Below, one piece after another: positions 1-6,814 of a DNA stretch of 11,614 nucleotides. The position numbers and the translations under genes were made by a program. The notes below the pieces were generated by a model. That model saw only the letters and a list, made by a program, of their open reading frames with translations. It ran no database searches and was not told the origin of the DNA. Numbering within the stretch: position 1 is the stretch's first letter; every line of letters starts with the position of its first letter. The DNA is from Gemmatimonadota bacterium (lineage in GTDB: Bacteria; Gemmatimonadota; Gemmatimonadetes; Longimicrobiales; RSA9): the NCBI GenBank assembly GCA_040905425.1, contig JBBDRO010000016.1:1-11614 (forward strand). The letters run 5' to 3'.

Positions 1-63
1 GGCGGCCTCAGCGGCGGCCTCAGCGGCGGCCTCAGCGGCGGCCTCAGCGGCGGCCTCAGCGGC
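1..63. repeat. Perfect 12-bp tandem repeat (GGCGGCCTCAGC) x5 plus partial GGC, possibly truncated by the window edge
   Basis: Read directly: identical units at 1-12, 13-24, 25-36, 37-48 and 49-60, then GGC at 61-63. It abuts the TAG stop (63-65, minus strand) of the DUF2207 gene. Confidence 0.97.
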
Positions 64-2075
64 TACCAGCCGCCCCCACCGCCGCCGCCCGAACTGGCGC
101 CGCCACCGCCGCCGCCCGACGAGGGGGAGGACACCCCGGTGGCTATGCCCGCGGCGGCGCTCCCCCACGTGCGGCCCACGCCCCCGCCCGCGAAGCCCCC
201 GCCACCGCCGAAGAGCTGCCCGCCGCCGCTCCATCCGCCTCCCGAAGAGGCGCTGCCCGCCGTCATGGCGGTGGTCGCGGCCCCGGTGCCCGTCGTGGCC
301 GTGACGCCCGCCGCCGTGCCGCCGAAGGCGCTGAACCAGCCGTCCACCTCATCCTCCAGGCCGAAGGCCAGCAGGTAGGGATACCAGGCGTCCTCGAGCG
401 CGGGGTCGGGCTTCTCCAGCTCGGCCTGGAAGAAGGCGCGCGCGGCGGCCAGGCGGCGCCGGAAAGCCAGCCGCTCCGGTGTGTCCGTGGGCCGCGCCAC
501 GGCCAGCACCAGCATCACCCATCCGAGCGCCCACCCGATGAGCCCGAGGAGCAGGGCCAGCGGGGAGCGGAAGTACGGCAGGATACCGCCGGAGGTCTCC
601 TGCGTCCCGGACACCACCACCGCCGTGAGGACCACGACCGCCAGGAGGGGAATGGCAAGGCCCACCAGCCCGCCGCGCAGGCCCACCACCCGTGCGGCGT
701 ACCAGGCCGCGGTACCCGCCGCGATAAGCGCCGGGCCCAGCACCGCGAAGCCGATCACCAGCCCCACGACCAGACTCGCGGGGCGCTGCATCCCGGCCAG
801 CACCATGAGTCCGGCGGACACGCCCAGCACCAGGACCGGCACCATCCATTCACGGCCCACGGAGCCCGCACCGGGAAGCGCCCGCAGGCGCAGCTTCAGC
901 CCCGTGCGGATCTTGGCCGCCGGATCGAAGCCCTTGCTCTTGTAGTGCTCCTTGATGGTCTTCGTGTCCGTGACCTGCCGCTCCTCGAAGAAGAGCGCGT
1001 CGATGAGGGCGCGCTCCTCGGCCGTGAAGGCGTCCCGGTCCACGAGCAGCTCCAGGTGCAGGACGGGATCGTCATCCTTGCCGGGCTCCACCCGGCTGGC
1101 CAGCCTGCCCTCCACCACCAGGCGCGCCAGCATGCCGGCCACCTCCGGTGCTGCCGTGCTCCGGTCCCACGCCGCCCCCACCACCTCCGCGGGCAGGTGC
1201 AGCACGTGTTCCCCCAGCCAGGCGTGGTCGATCTGGCGCGGCGGGGTGAGCGGCGCGTAGCGCCCGGCGCGCGCCTCACGGCGGTAGAAGCCGCGGCAAA
1301 GCAGGCCGGCGCCGCCCAGCAGCACCAGCAGGAGCGCCGCCCGCGGCAGCGTTCCCAGGGGGCGCGGTACCGCGGCGGGCCAGCCCGCGGCGGCGTAGCG
1401 GAGCGGCACGGTGACGGCAAAGCCGCGGCCGGGCCACAGGTCGGCGGCCTCGTAGCGCGGCGGCAGCGCGGTGGCCGGTACCCACGCGGGGTCCAGGCTC
1501 AGCTCCAGCACGAAGCGCCGCACCGTGCCCGCGCGGTCGGCAAAGAGGAAGTCATGGTCGAGCAGGAAGCCGTCCTCGCGGACCAGGACGGCATGGGCCA
1601 GGGTGTACTGGATTTCATAGGGACGCAGCTCGGCCTGCAGCGGCGGATCGGAGGGCGCCCGGACGCGCCAGCGCAGGGTATTGCCGTCGAGCATGGCCCA
1701 CTCGTGAACCCGGTCCAGGCTGCCCCGCCGCATGGGCAGGGTATCACCGGTGACCGGATCCAGGCGCGCCATGGCGTTCACGCGCAGCGTCTGCCCGAAC
1801 CGCACCCGGAAGGTCCGTTCGCCACCGTTCCAGTCCCCCCAGAAGACCGGCTCCTGGTACTCGCGCACACGCAGCGTGCCGTCCGCGTCCAGGTGCGCCG
1901 CCACCCGGATCTCGTCCCAGTGCAGCGTGCGCTCGTCCGCGCCCTGGGCGGCTACCGGCGCGGCCGCCGGAGCGGATGCCACGAGGCCGGCGGCGAGCGC
2001 CACCGCCAGCGTCCAGCTGACCGGCGCCCGCGCGCTACGGCCCGGCACCTGCCCGCCCCGCCCTGGCGTTCTCAC
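63..2075 (-). CDS. DUF2207-family predicted membrane protein (~670 aa): signal peptide, extracytoplasmic beta-rich domain, several TM helices, Gly/Ser-rich C-terminal tail
   Basis: The N-terminal domain RTLHWDEIRVAAHLDADGTLRVREYQEPVFWGDWNGGERTF and YEIQYTL resemble the DUF2207 N-terminus. Hydrophobic segments follow, then the C-terminal PYLLAFGL motif and the ...SSGGGGGGASSGGGGGGGW end typical of the family. I moved the start from 2225 (ORF track) to the in-frame GTG at 2075-2073, which overlaps the upstream TGA (GTGA) and is followed by a signal peptide (...LAVALAAGLVASAPAAAPVAA/QG). Confidence 0.85.
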   Translation of the reverse strand: MRTPGRGGQVPGRSARAPVSWTLAVALAAGLVASAPAAAPVAAQGADERTLHWDEIRVAAHLDADGTLRVREYQEPVFWGDWNGGERTFRVRFGQTLRVNAMARLDPVTGDTLPMRRGSLDRVHEWAMLDGNTLRWRVRAPSDPPLQAELRPYEIQYTLAHAVLVREDGFLLDHDFLFADRAGTVRRFVLELSLDPAWVPATALPPRYEAADLWPGRGFAVTVPLRYAAAGWPAAVPRPLGTLPRAALLLVLLGGAGLLCRGFYRREARAGRYAPLTPPRQIDHAWLGEHVLHLPAEVVGAAWDRSTAAPEVAGMLARLVVEGRLASRVEPGKDDDPVLHLELLVDRDAFTAEERALIDALFFEERQVTDTKTIKEHYKSKGFDPAAKIRTGLKLRLRALPGAGSVGREWMVPVLVLGVSAGLMVLAGMQRPASLVVGLVIGFAVLGPALIAAGTAAWYAARVVGLRGGLVGLAIPLLAVVVLTAVVVSGTQETSGGILPYFRSPLALLLGLIGWALGWVMLVLAVARPTDTPERLAFRRRLAAARAFFQAELEKPDPALEDAWYPYLLAFGLEDEVDGWFSAFGGTAAGVTATTGTGAATTAMTAGSASSGGGWSGGGQLFGGGGGFAGGGVGRTWGSAAAGIATGVSSPSSGGGGGGASSGGGGGGGW

Positions 2076-3451
2076 GACGCCCCCCACCGGTGAAGCGCCA
2101 CGCGCTGCACCCCGAGGTGATCGGTCTCGAGTCTGAGCACCCCGTCCGGACCCAGCTCGAGGATGCCATCGGCGGGCGTGATGGCCCACTCCACGGGGGT
2201 GCCGTCGGGCCGCAGTCGCAGCCATCGGGTGCGCCGAGGACCGTCAGGATCCGGTCCGGGCTCCGGGCCTACGGCCATCCAGATGTGGTCCGCGCGGCCG
2301 GTGCGCAGCTCGTGGAAGCGCGCGGGCGCGGTGGGCGGGTCGAGGACCTTCCAGGCACGCCAGTAGATGGGCCGGTTGCTCGGATGTTCTCGGGCCGCGA
2401 ACCACTCAGGCAAGCGCTCCTGGTCTGTGTTCACGTCGATGGGCGGCAGGTCCAAGCGTATGATGCGGGCCAGGGTGTAGTCCGGGTCGTGCACGCGCAG
2501 CTCACCACGGCCGGTCCAGGCCACCAGCGGACGGTCCCGCAGGAAGGCCACGCGCACCTCAGGCGCGGCCGGGTGGTGCAGCACGCTGCCGACCATGCCG
2601 AGGGGCACAGCCGCCTGCCGCGCCGCCGCCATCTCCTCCGCGCTCAGCCGGACATACCAGGTGTCCGCACCGGGCAGGGTGTCCAGCTGCGCGCCCGCCA
2701 GGGTGTCATAGCGGCCCACCACCCAGGCGGTGCGATGCGGCCCGTGGCCCTCCTCCACGCCCCGGGGGAAGCCGTCCGGCGTCAGGCGGTACGCGTGGGG
2801 GGAGGTGAAGCGCCCGGGGCGGTGGATGTCCAGAGCGCTCTGGGTGCCGATGCCGCCGAAGAGGGGTCGGCCATCCACGTAGTCCCCTGCCGTGGTGAAG
2901 CGCTGGATACGACCCATGTCGGGTACGTAGAGCGTGTCATCGAGCACGGCCAGGCGGTTCACGTTGCGGAACTCGCCGGGACCCTGGCCCTCCCCGCCGA
3001 TGGCCCGCTGGAAGGCGCCGGTCGTGCTGAAGATGAGGATCCGACGCAGCTGCCGGTCTGCTATGGCCAGCCGGTCGGAGGTGAGCAGGGTGGCATCTGA
3101 AACGGAGCCGAGCAGCTCCTCCTCGGGGCCGTCGACCGCGCCGATGCGGACGGCCGGTTGGGCTTCCAGAACCCGGACCGGCAGGGCGTCGAGCACCCGC
3201 CGCGGAATCTCCACCACGCTGAGGCCCGCGCTGTCGCGGCGCAGGACTTGGTCTCCTCCGGTGGCCTCGTCAACCCCGTCGGCCGGCCCGGTGTCGGCGC
3301 AGCCGGCCGTGAGCACCGCCGCGGGCACGGCCAGGAGGAGGATGCGGAGGAAGCCGCCGGAGAAGCCGCCGGGGAAGCCAGCGAGGCAGCCGGCCAGGAA
3401 GGCGGCCAGGAAGCCGGCCCGCAGGTGCGGGAGGCGCGGACGCACGAGCAT
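2072..3451 (-). CDS. 6-bladed beta-propeller (NHL-like/DUF5128-type) putative lipoprotein, ~459 aa
   Basis: NHL-like blades VRIGAVDGPEEELLGSVSDATLLTSDRLAIADRQLRRILIFSTTGAFQRAIGGEGQGPGEFRNVNRLAVLDDTLYVPD contain the GxxGxGPGEF motif. The N-terminal hydrophobic region has lipobox-like LAGC (C22) and LTAGC (C51). The ATG at 3451 has a strong SD, AAAGGAG, 4 nt upstream. Confidence 0.8.
   Translation of the reverse strand: MLVRPRLPHLRAGFLAAFLAGCLAGFPGGFSGGFLRILLLAVPAAVLTAGCADTGPADGVDEATGGDQVLRRDSAGLSVVEIPRRVLDALPVRVLEAQPAVRIGAVDGPEEELLGSVSDATLLTSDRLAIADRQLRRILIFSTTGAFQRAIGGEGQGPGEFRNVNRLAVLDDTLYVPDMGRIQRFTTAGDYVDGRPLFGGIGTQSALDIHRPGRFTSPHAYRLTPDGFPRGVEEGHGPHRTAWVVGRYDTLAGAQLDTLPGADTWYVRLSAEEMAAARQAAVPLGMVGSVLHHPAAPEVRVAFLRDRPLVAWTGRGELRVHDPDYTLARIIRLDLPPIDVNTDQERLPEWFAAREHPSNRPIYWRAWKVLDPPTAPARFHELRTGRADHIWMAVGPEPGPDPDGPRRTRWLRLRPDGTPVEWAITPADGILELGPDGVLRLETDHLGVQRVALHRWGAS
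3347..3418 (-). repeat. Degenerate 12-bp tandem repeat (6 units) inside the propeller signal peptide, encoding AGFL-AAFL-AGCL-AGFP-GGFS-GGFL
   Basis: Plus-strand units: gaggaagccgcc, ggagaagccgcc, ggggaagccagc, gaggcagccggc, caggaaggcggc, caggaagccggc (3347-3418). Confidence 0.8.
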
Positions 3452-3455
3452 GGCG

Positions 3456-3462
3456 CTCCTTT
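3456..3462 (-). promoter_or_regulatory. Shine-Dalgarno site (AAAGGAG) for the beta-propeller gene
   Basis: ctccttt at 3456-3462 on the plus strand reads AAAGGAG on the minus strand, 4 nt before the ATG at 3451. Confidence 0.75.
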
Positions 3463-3660
3463 CACGTGAGGGATGCGCCGAAGATGAAGCCAACCGCGTG
3501 CTCGCTGCAATGGGGATGTGCGCAGCGGATGGGGGTGCCGCGCGGCGGCGGCGCGCGTGGAACGGGACGGGCGTCGTCGCTTGAAAACTGGACGGGCGGC
3601 GCCCGGCAGCCGAGAATAGAGGAGCGGCACGATTCCGGCTGATGCGCAGGCGGACCTACA

Positions 3661-3668
3661 AGGGGAGG
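3661..3668 (+). promoter_or_regulatory. Shine-Dalgarno site (AGGGGAGG) for the acyl-CoA dehydrogenase
   Basis: AGGGGAGG at 3661-3668, 5 nt before the ATG at 3674. Confidence 0.8.
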
Positions 3669-3673
3669 ACAGC

Positions 3674-5557
3674 ATGAACAAGGTGGAGGCGGCGGCGGGT
3701 CCCAGGCCGGACCCGGGGGTGGACGAGGCGGAGGCACGGCGCGTGGCGGAGGCCGCGCGGGAAACCGAGTGGCGCCACCCCAGCTTCGTGCGGGAGTTGT
3801 TCCTGGGGCGGCTGCGCATGGACCTGATCGATCCCATGCCGCTGCCGGAAGGCGCGGAACAGCAGCGGGCGGCCGTCTTCCTGGAGCGCGTGGAGGCGTT
3901 CATGCGCACCGTGGACGCGGCGGAGATCGAGCGCACGGGGAAGGTGCCGCCGGAGGTGGTGGAGGGGCTCCGTGAGGTGGGCGCCTTCGGCATCAAGATC
4001 CCGGAGGAGTACGGCGGGCTGGGCCTCTCGCAGACCAGCTACAACCGCGCCATCTCGCTCATCGGCGCCTACTGCTCGGCGCTGGGCGTGCTGCTCTCGG
4101 CCCATCAGTCCATCGGCGTGCCGCAGCCGCTCAAGATGTTCGGCACGGACGCGCAGAAGAAGAAGTATCTGCCGCGCCTGGCGCGGGGGGCCGTCTCCGC
4201 CTTCGCGCTCACGGAGCCGGACGTGGGCTCCGACCCCGCGCGCATGGAGGCCACCGCCGAACCTACCGAGGACGGCAGCGCTTACATCCTGAACGGGGAG
4301 AAGCTGTGGTGCACGAACGGGCCCATTGCCGAGCTGATCGTGGTGATGGCGCGCACCCCCGCCCGCGACGGCCGCGGCCGGCCCGGCATCAGCGCCTTCG
4401 TGGTGGAGGCGGACTCGGAGGGGGTGTCCAACGACTACCGCTGCGAGTTCATGGGGCTGCGCGGCATCGAGAACGGCGTGGTCTCCTTCCGGAACGTGCG
4501 CGTGCCCAAGGAGAACCTGCTCTGGGGTGAGGGCAAGGGGCTCAAGCTGGCGCTCATCACGCTGAACACGGGCCGCCTCACCATCCCGGCCACCAGCCTG
4601 GCCGCCGCGCGCTGGTGCGTGAAGGTGAGCCGCGAGTGGAGCATGGAGCGCGTGCAGTGGGGTGCGCCGGTGGGCAAGCACGAAGCCATCGGCAACAAGA
4701 TTGCCGAGATGGCGGCCACGACCTTTGCCATGGACGCCATTGCCATGCTCTCGGCGGCGCTGGCCGACGAGGGTCGCTCGGACATCCGCCTGGAGGCCGC
4801 CATTGCCAAGCTCTACAACGCCGACGCGGCGTGGCGCATCGTGGACGAGACCATGCAGATCCGCGGCGGACGCGGCTACGAGACCGCGGCGTCGCTGAAG
4901 GCCCGCGGTGAGGAGCCGATCCCCGTCGAGCAGATCATGCGTGACCTGCGCATCAACAAGATCTTCGAGGGCTCGAGTGAGATCATGCGCCTCTTCATTG
5001 CGCGCGAGGCGGTGGACCCGCACCTGATTCGCGCGGGCGCCATGGCGGATCCGAAGGCCAGCAAGGGGGACAAGGCCAAGGGGTTGCTGGGCCTGTCCGC
5101 TCACTTTGCCACCTGGCTGCCGGGCCTCATGGTGGGCAAGGGACGCGTGCCCGGCACCTTCGGCGAGTACGGTGACCTGGCGGGCCATGTGCGCTATGTG
5201 GAGCGCGCGGCGCGCAAGCTGGGCCGCACGCTCTTCCGGGCCATGGCCCGCTTCGGGCCCAAGCTGGAGAAGCGGCAGTCGGTGCTCTTCCGGCTGGTGG
5301 ACGTGGGCGCCGAGCTCTTCTCCATGGCGGGGGTGTGCGTGCGTGCGCGCGCGCTGCTGGCGGAGCATCCCGAGGATCAGGGACCCGTCACCCTGGCCGA
5401 CCTGCACTGCCGCCTGGCCCGCCGGCGCGTGGAGCGTCTCTTCGACGACGTTTTCAGCAACGACGACGCCCGCACCTACCGGGTGGCACTGGAAGTGCTG
5501 CGGGGGCAGCACGCCTGGCTGGAGGAGGAGGTTCCGGACGTGGCCAGCGCACATTAG
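3674..5557 (+). CDS. Acyl-CoA dehydrogenase, long form with C-terminal extra helical domain (FadE10 / ACAD9-VLCAD-like), 627 aa
   Basis: Canonical ACAD motifs: GAFGIKIPEEYGGLG, AFALTEPDVGSD, YILNGEKLWCTNG, MGLRG, RVQWGAPVG, QIRGGRGY and RDLRINKIFEGSSEI (catalytic Glu in the FEG motif). The N-terminus ARRVAEAARETEWRHPSFVRELFLGR recalls actinobacterial FadE10-type proteins. Strong SD and strongly GC3-biased codons. Confidence 0.96.
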   Translation: MNKVEAAAGPRPDPGVDEAEARRVAEAARETEWRHPSFVRELFLGRLRMDLIDPMPLPEGAEQQRAAVFLERVEAFMRTVDAAEIERTGKVPPEVVEGLREVGAFGIKIPEEYGGLGLSQTSYNRAISLIGAYCSALGVLLSAHQSIGVPQPLKMFGTDAQKKKYLPRLARGAVSAFALTEPDVGSDPARMEATAEPTEDGSAYILNGEKLWCTNGPIAELIVVMARTPARDGRGRPGISAFVVEADSEGVSNDYRCEFMGLRGIENGVVSFRNVRVPKENLLWGEGKGLKLALITLNTGRLTIPATSLAAARWCVKVSREWSMERVQWGAPVGKHEAIGNKIAEMAATTFAMDAIAMLSAALADEGRSDIRLEAAIAKLYNADAAWRIVDETMQIRGGRGYETAASLKARGEEPIPVEQIMRDLRINKIFEGSSEIMRLFIAREAVDPHLIRAGAMADPKASKGDKAKGLLGLSAHFATWLPGLMVGKGRVPGTFGEYGDLAGHVRYVERAARKLGRTLFRAMARFGPKLEKRQSVLFRLVDVGAELFSMAGVCVRARALLAEHPEDQGPVTLADLHCRLARRRVERLFDDVFSNDDARTYRVALEVLRGQHAWLEEEVPDVASAH

Positions 5558-5611
5558 CCGCCGAGCACCGTCCGGAATGGGGCCGGCGGAGCGTTCTCCC
5601 TATGAGAACCT

Positions 5612-6748
5612 ATGCGCATACTCGGCGAACGCATCGTGCCCCGGCCGGGCCATCTCCGGCCGCTGCCCGTCCGCATCGAGGTTGCCGCGGCCACTGACCT
5701 GGTGGCCGCGGAACTTGAGCGGGCGCTCGAGCGGGAGCGCGCGGAACGCCCGTCGGAGGCCGCCGTGCACGCCGAGTTTGCCCTCCACCTGGCCGATGCC
5801 CACGAGCCCTGCCGTGAGCAGGTGCTGGCCCTGCGCGTGCTCTGCCGGACCGCCGCGGATCGCCGTCAGGAAGAGGAGGCGGTCGGCTTCGGGCGGCGCG
5901 CCGCGGCGCTGGCGCTCCAGCTACAGGAACTGGATCTGTGGGCCGCCGCCATGGTGGAATGGGCCGAGGCGCATCGCGGCTATCCGGCCAGCGCGGCCGA
6001 TGCGGCCGCGCTCCACCTGGAGATGATCGCGCGGGGCGCCGCCTGGGACCGGCCCGAGGTGGCGCGCGCGGGCGCCGAGGCGCTGGCCGACCACGCGCTG
6101 GAGGACGATGACCCGGAGCGGGCCGTGGAGTTGGCCTGGCGCGCGCTGGACTACCTGGACGCGGAAGCGGAGGCGGACCCGAACTCGGACGCGCCCGGCG
6201 ATGCCGCGGCGCACGCGCGGCGCCGGGCGGTGCTGTCCGGCCTGCTGGCCGCGGGGCTGGCGCGGCTGGGGCTGGCCGACGCGGCCGAGCAGGCGCTCGA
6301 GCCCCCGCCGGACGCCAGCCCCGCCATCCTCCTCCTCCTGCGCGCGGCCGCCGCGCTGGCCATGGCCGGAGCCGGCCGCCCGGAGCGGATCCTGGATGGC
6401 TGGCCCATGGAGCGTGCGCCGGCCGATGTGCTGGCGGCGGTGGCCGGTGAGCGGCTGGAAGAAGCGGAACTGGCCGTGCGCGCCGGCATCTGGATGGCCC
6501 GGGCGCTCCGCCTGGCCCGGCTGCCGCGTGAGGCCCGGGCCTATGCCCAGAGCGCGCTGGAGCTGGCGCGCCGCGGTGGCGACCGGGCGCTGGTGCGGCA
6601 GGCGCGGACCACGCTGGAAGAGGCCGTGCTGGGCGATCCGGTGGCGCTCGCGCTGCCCGTGCCCGGCGCTCTGCGCGAGGCGGTGCGCGCCATTGCCTAC
6701 ACCGTGGAGCATGGCCACCTCCGGCCGCTCCACGCTCCTCCTTCCTGA
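5612..6748 (+). CDS. Hypothetical Ala/Leu/Arg/Glu-rich all-alpha protein, probable TPR-like helical repeats, 378 aa
   Basis: It fills the gap between the ACAD and the protease in a frame with GC3 bias. Amphipathic helix pairs such as EEEAVGFGRRAAALALQLQELDLWAAAM, PERAVELAWRALDYL and PREARAYAQSALELARRGGDRALVRQA fit TPR-like patterns. No signal peptide and no clear SD, so the start is uncertain. Confidence 0.7.
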   Translation: MRILGERIVPRPGHLRPLPVRIEVAAATDLVAAELERALERERAERPSEAAVHAEFALHLADAHEPCREQVLALRVLCRTAADRRQEEEAVGFGRRAAALALQLQELDLWAAAMVEWAEAHRGYPASAADAAALHLEMIARGAAWDRPEVARAGAEALADHALEDDDPERAVELAWRALDYLDAEAEADPNSDAPGDAAAHARRRAVLSGLLAAGLARLGLADAAEQALEPPPDASPAILLLLRAAAALAMAGAGRPERILDGWPMERAPADVLAAVAGERLEEAELAVRAGIWMARALRLARLPREARAYAQSALELARRGGDRALVRQARTTLEEAVLGDPVALALPVPGALREAVRAIAYTVEHGHLRPLHAPPS

Positions 6749-6772
6749 TCCTTTTCCACTAGATTGCCTGTC

Positions 6773-6788
6773 CGCGGCACGTGCCGCG
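6773..6788. promoter_or_regulatory. Perfect 16-bp palindrome CGCGGCACGTGCCGCG upstream of the protease gene (candidate operator or leader hairpin)
   Basis: The palindrome is read directly. It lies between a TAnnnT-type hexamer (TAGATT, 6760-6765) and the protease SD (6805-6809). Function is inferred only. Confidence 0.35.
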
Positions 6789-6804
6789 CGGCCGCCCCAC
6801 GCTC

Positions 6805-6809
6805 AGGAG
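6805..6809 (+). promoter_or_regulatory. Shine-Dalgarno site (AGGAG) for the S8 protease
   Basis: AGGAG at 6805-6809, 5 nt before the in-frame GTG at 6815. Confidence 0.75.
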
Positions 6810-6814
6810 TTCGT

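Noticed and set aside
1..63. Possible CRISPR array or telomere-like end
   Set aside because: The units are only 12 bp, directly adjacent with no spacers, and there are no cas genes. A simple tandem repeat is sufficient explanation.
66..330. GCC/CCG-rich stretches as a separate repeat element
   Set aside because: Explained by the Gly/Ser/Ala/Thr-rich C-terminal tail normal for DUF2207 proteins.
2076..2225. N-terminal extension of the DUF2207 ORF given by the ORF track (start 2225)
   Set aside because: It overlaps the propeller gene by 150 bp and is low-complexity Arg/Gly sequence. The GTG at 2075 gives a typical GTGA coupling and a signal peptide.
945..3100. Long plus-strand ORFs 945..2093 and 2090..3100, which also overlap each other by 4 bp
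   Set aside because: They mirror the two minus-strand genes, which have family motifs, signal peptides and an SD. Stop-codon scarcity in GC-rich DNA explains them.
3580..3610. CTTGAAA resembling a sigma32 -35 upstream of the ACAD
   Set aside because: No CCCCAT-like -10 at 13-17 bp on the same strand; the nearby CCCCAT motifs (around 3510-3535) are on the opposite strand.
3656..5554. 632-aa antisense ORF spanning the acyl-CoA dehydrogenase
   Set aside because: Shadow ORF on the strand opposite a high-GC3 gene; His/Arg/Gly-rich with no recognisable motifs.
6764..6814. Earlier protease start at 6764 from the ORF track
   Set aside because: No SD upstream. GTG 6815 has AGGAG at a suitable spacing and begins a clean signal peptide.
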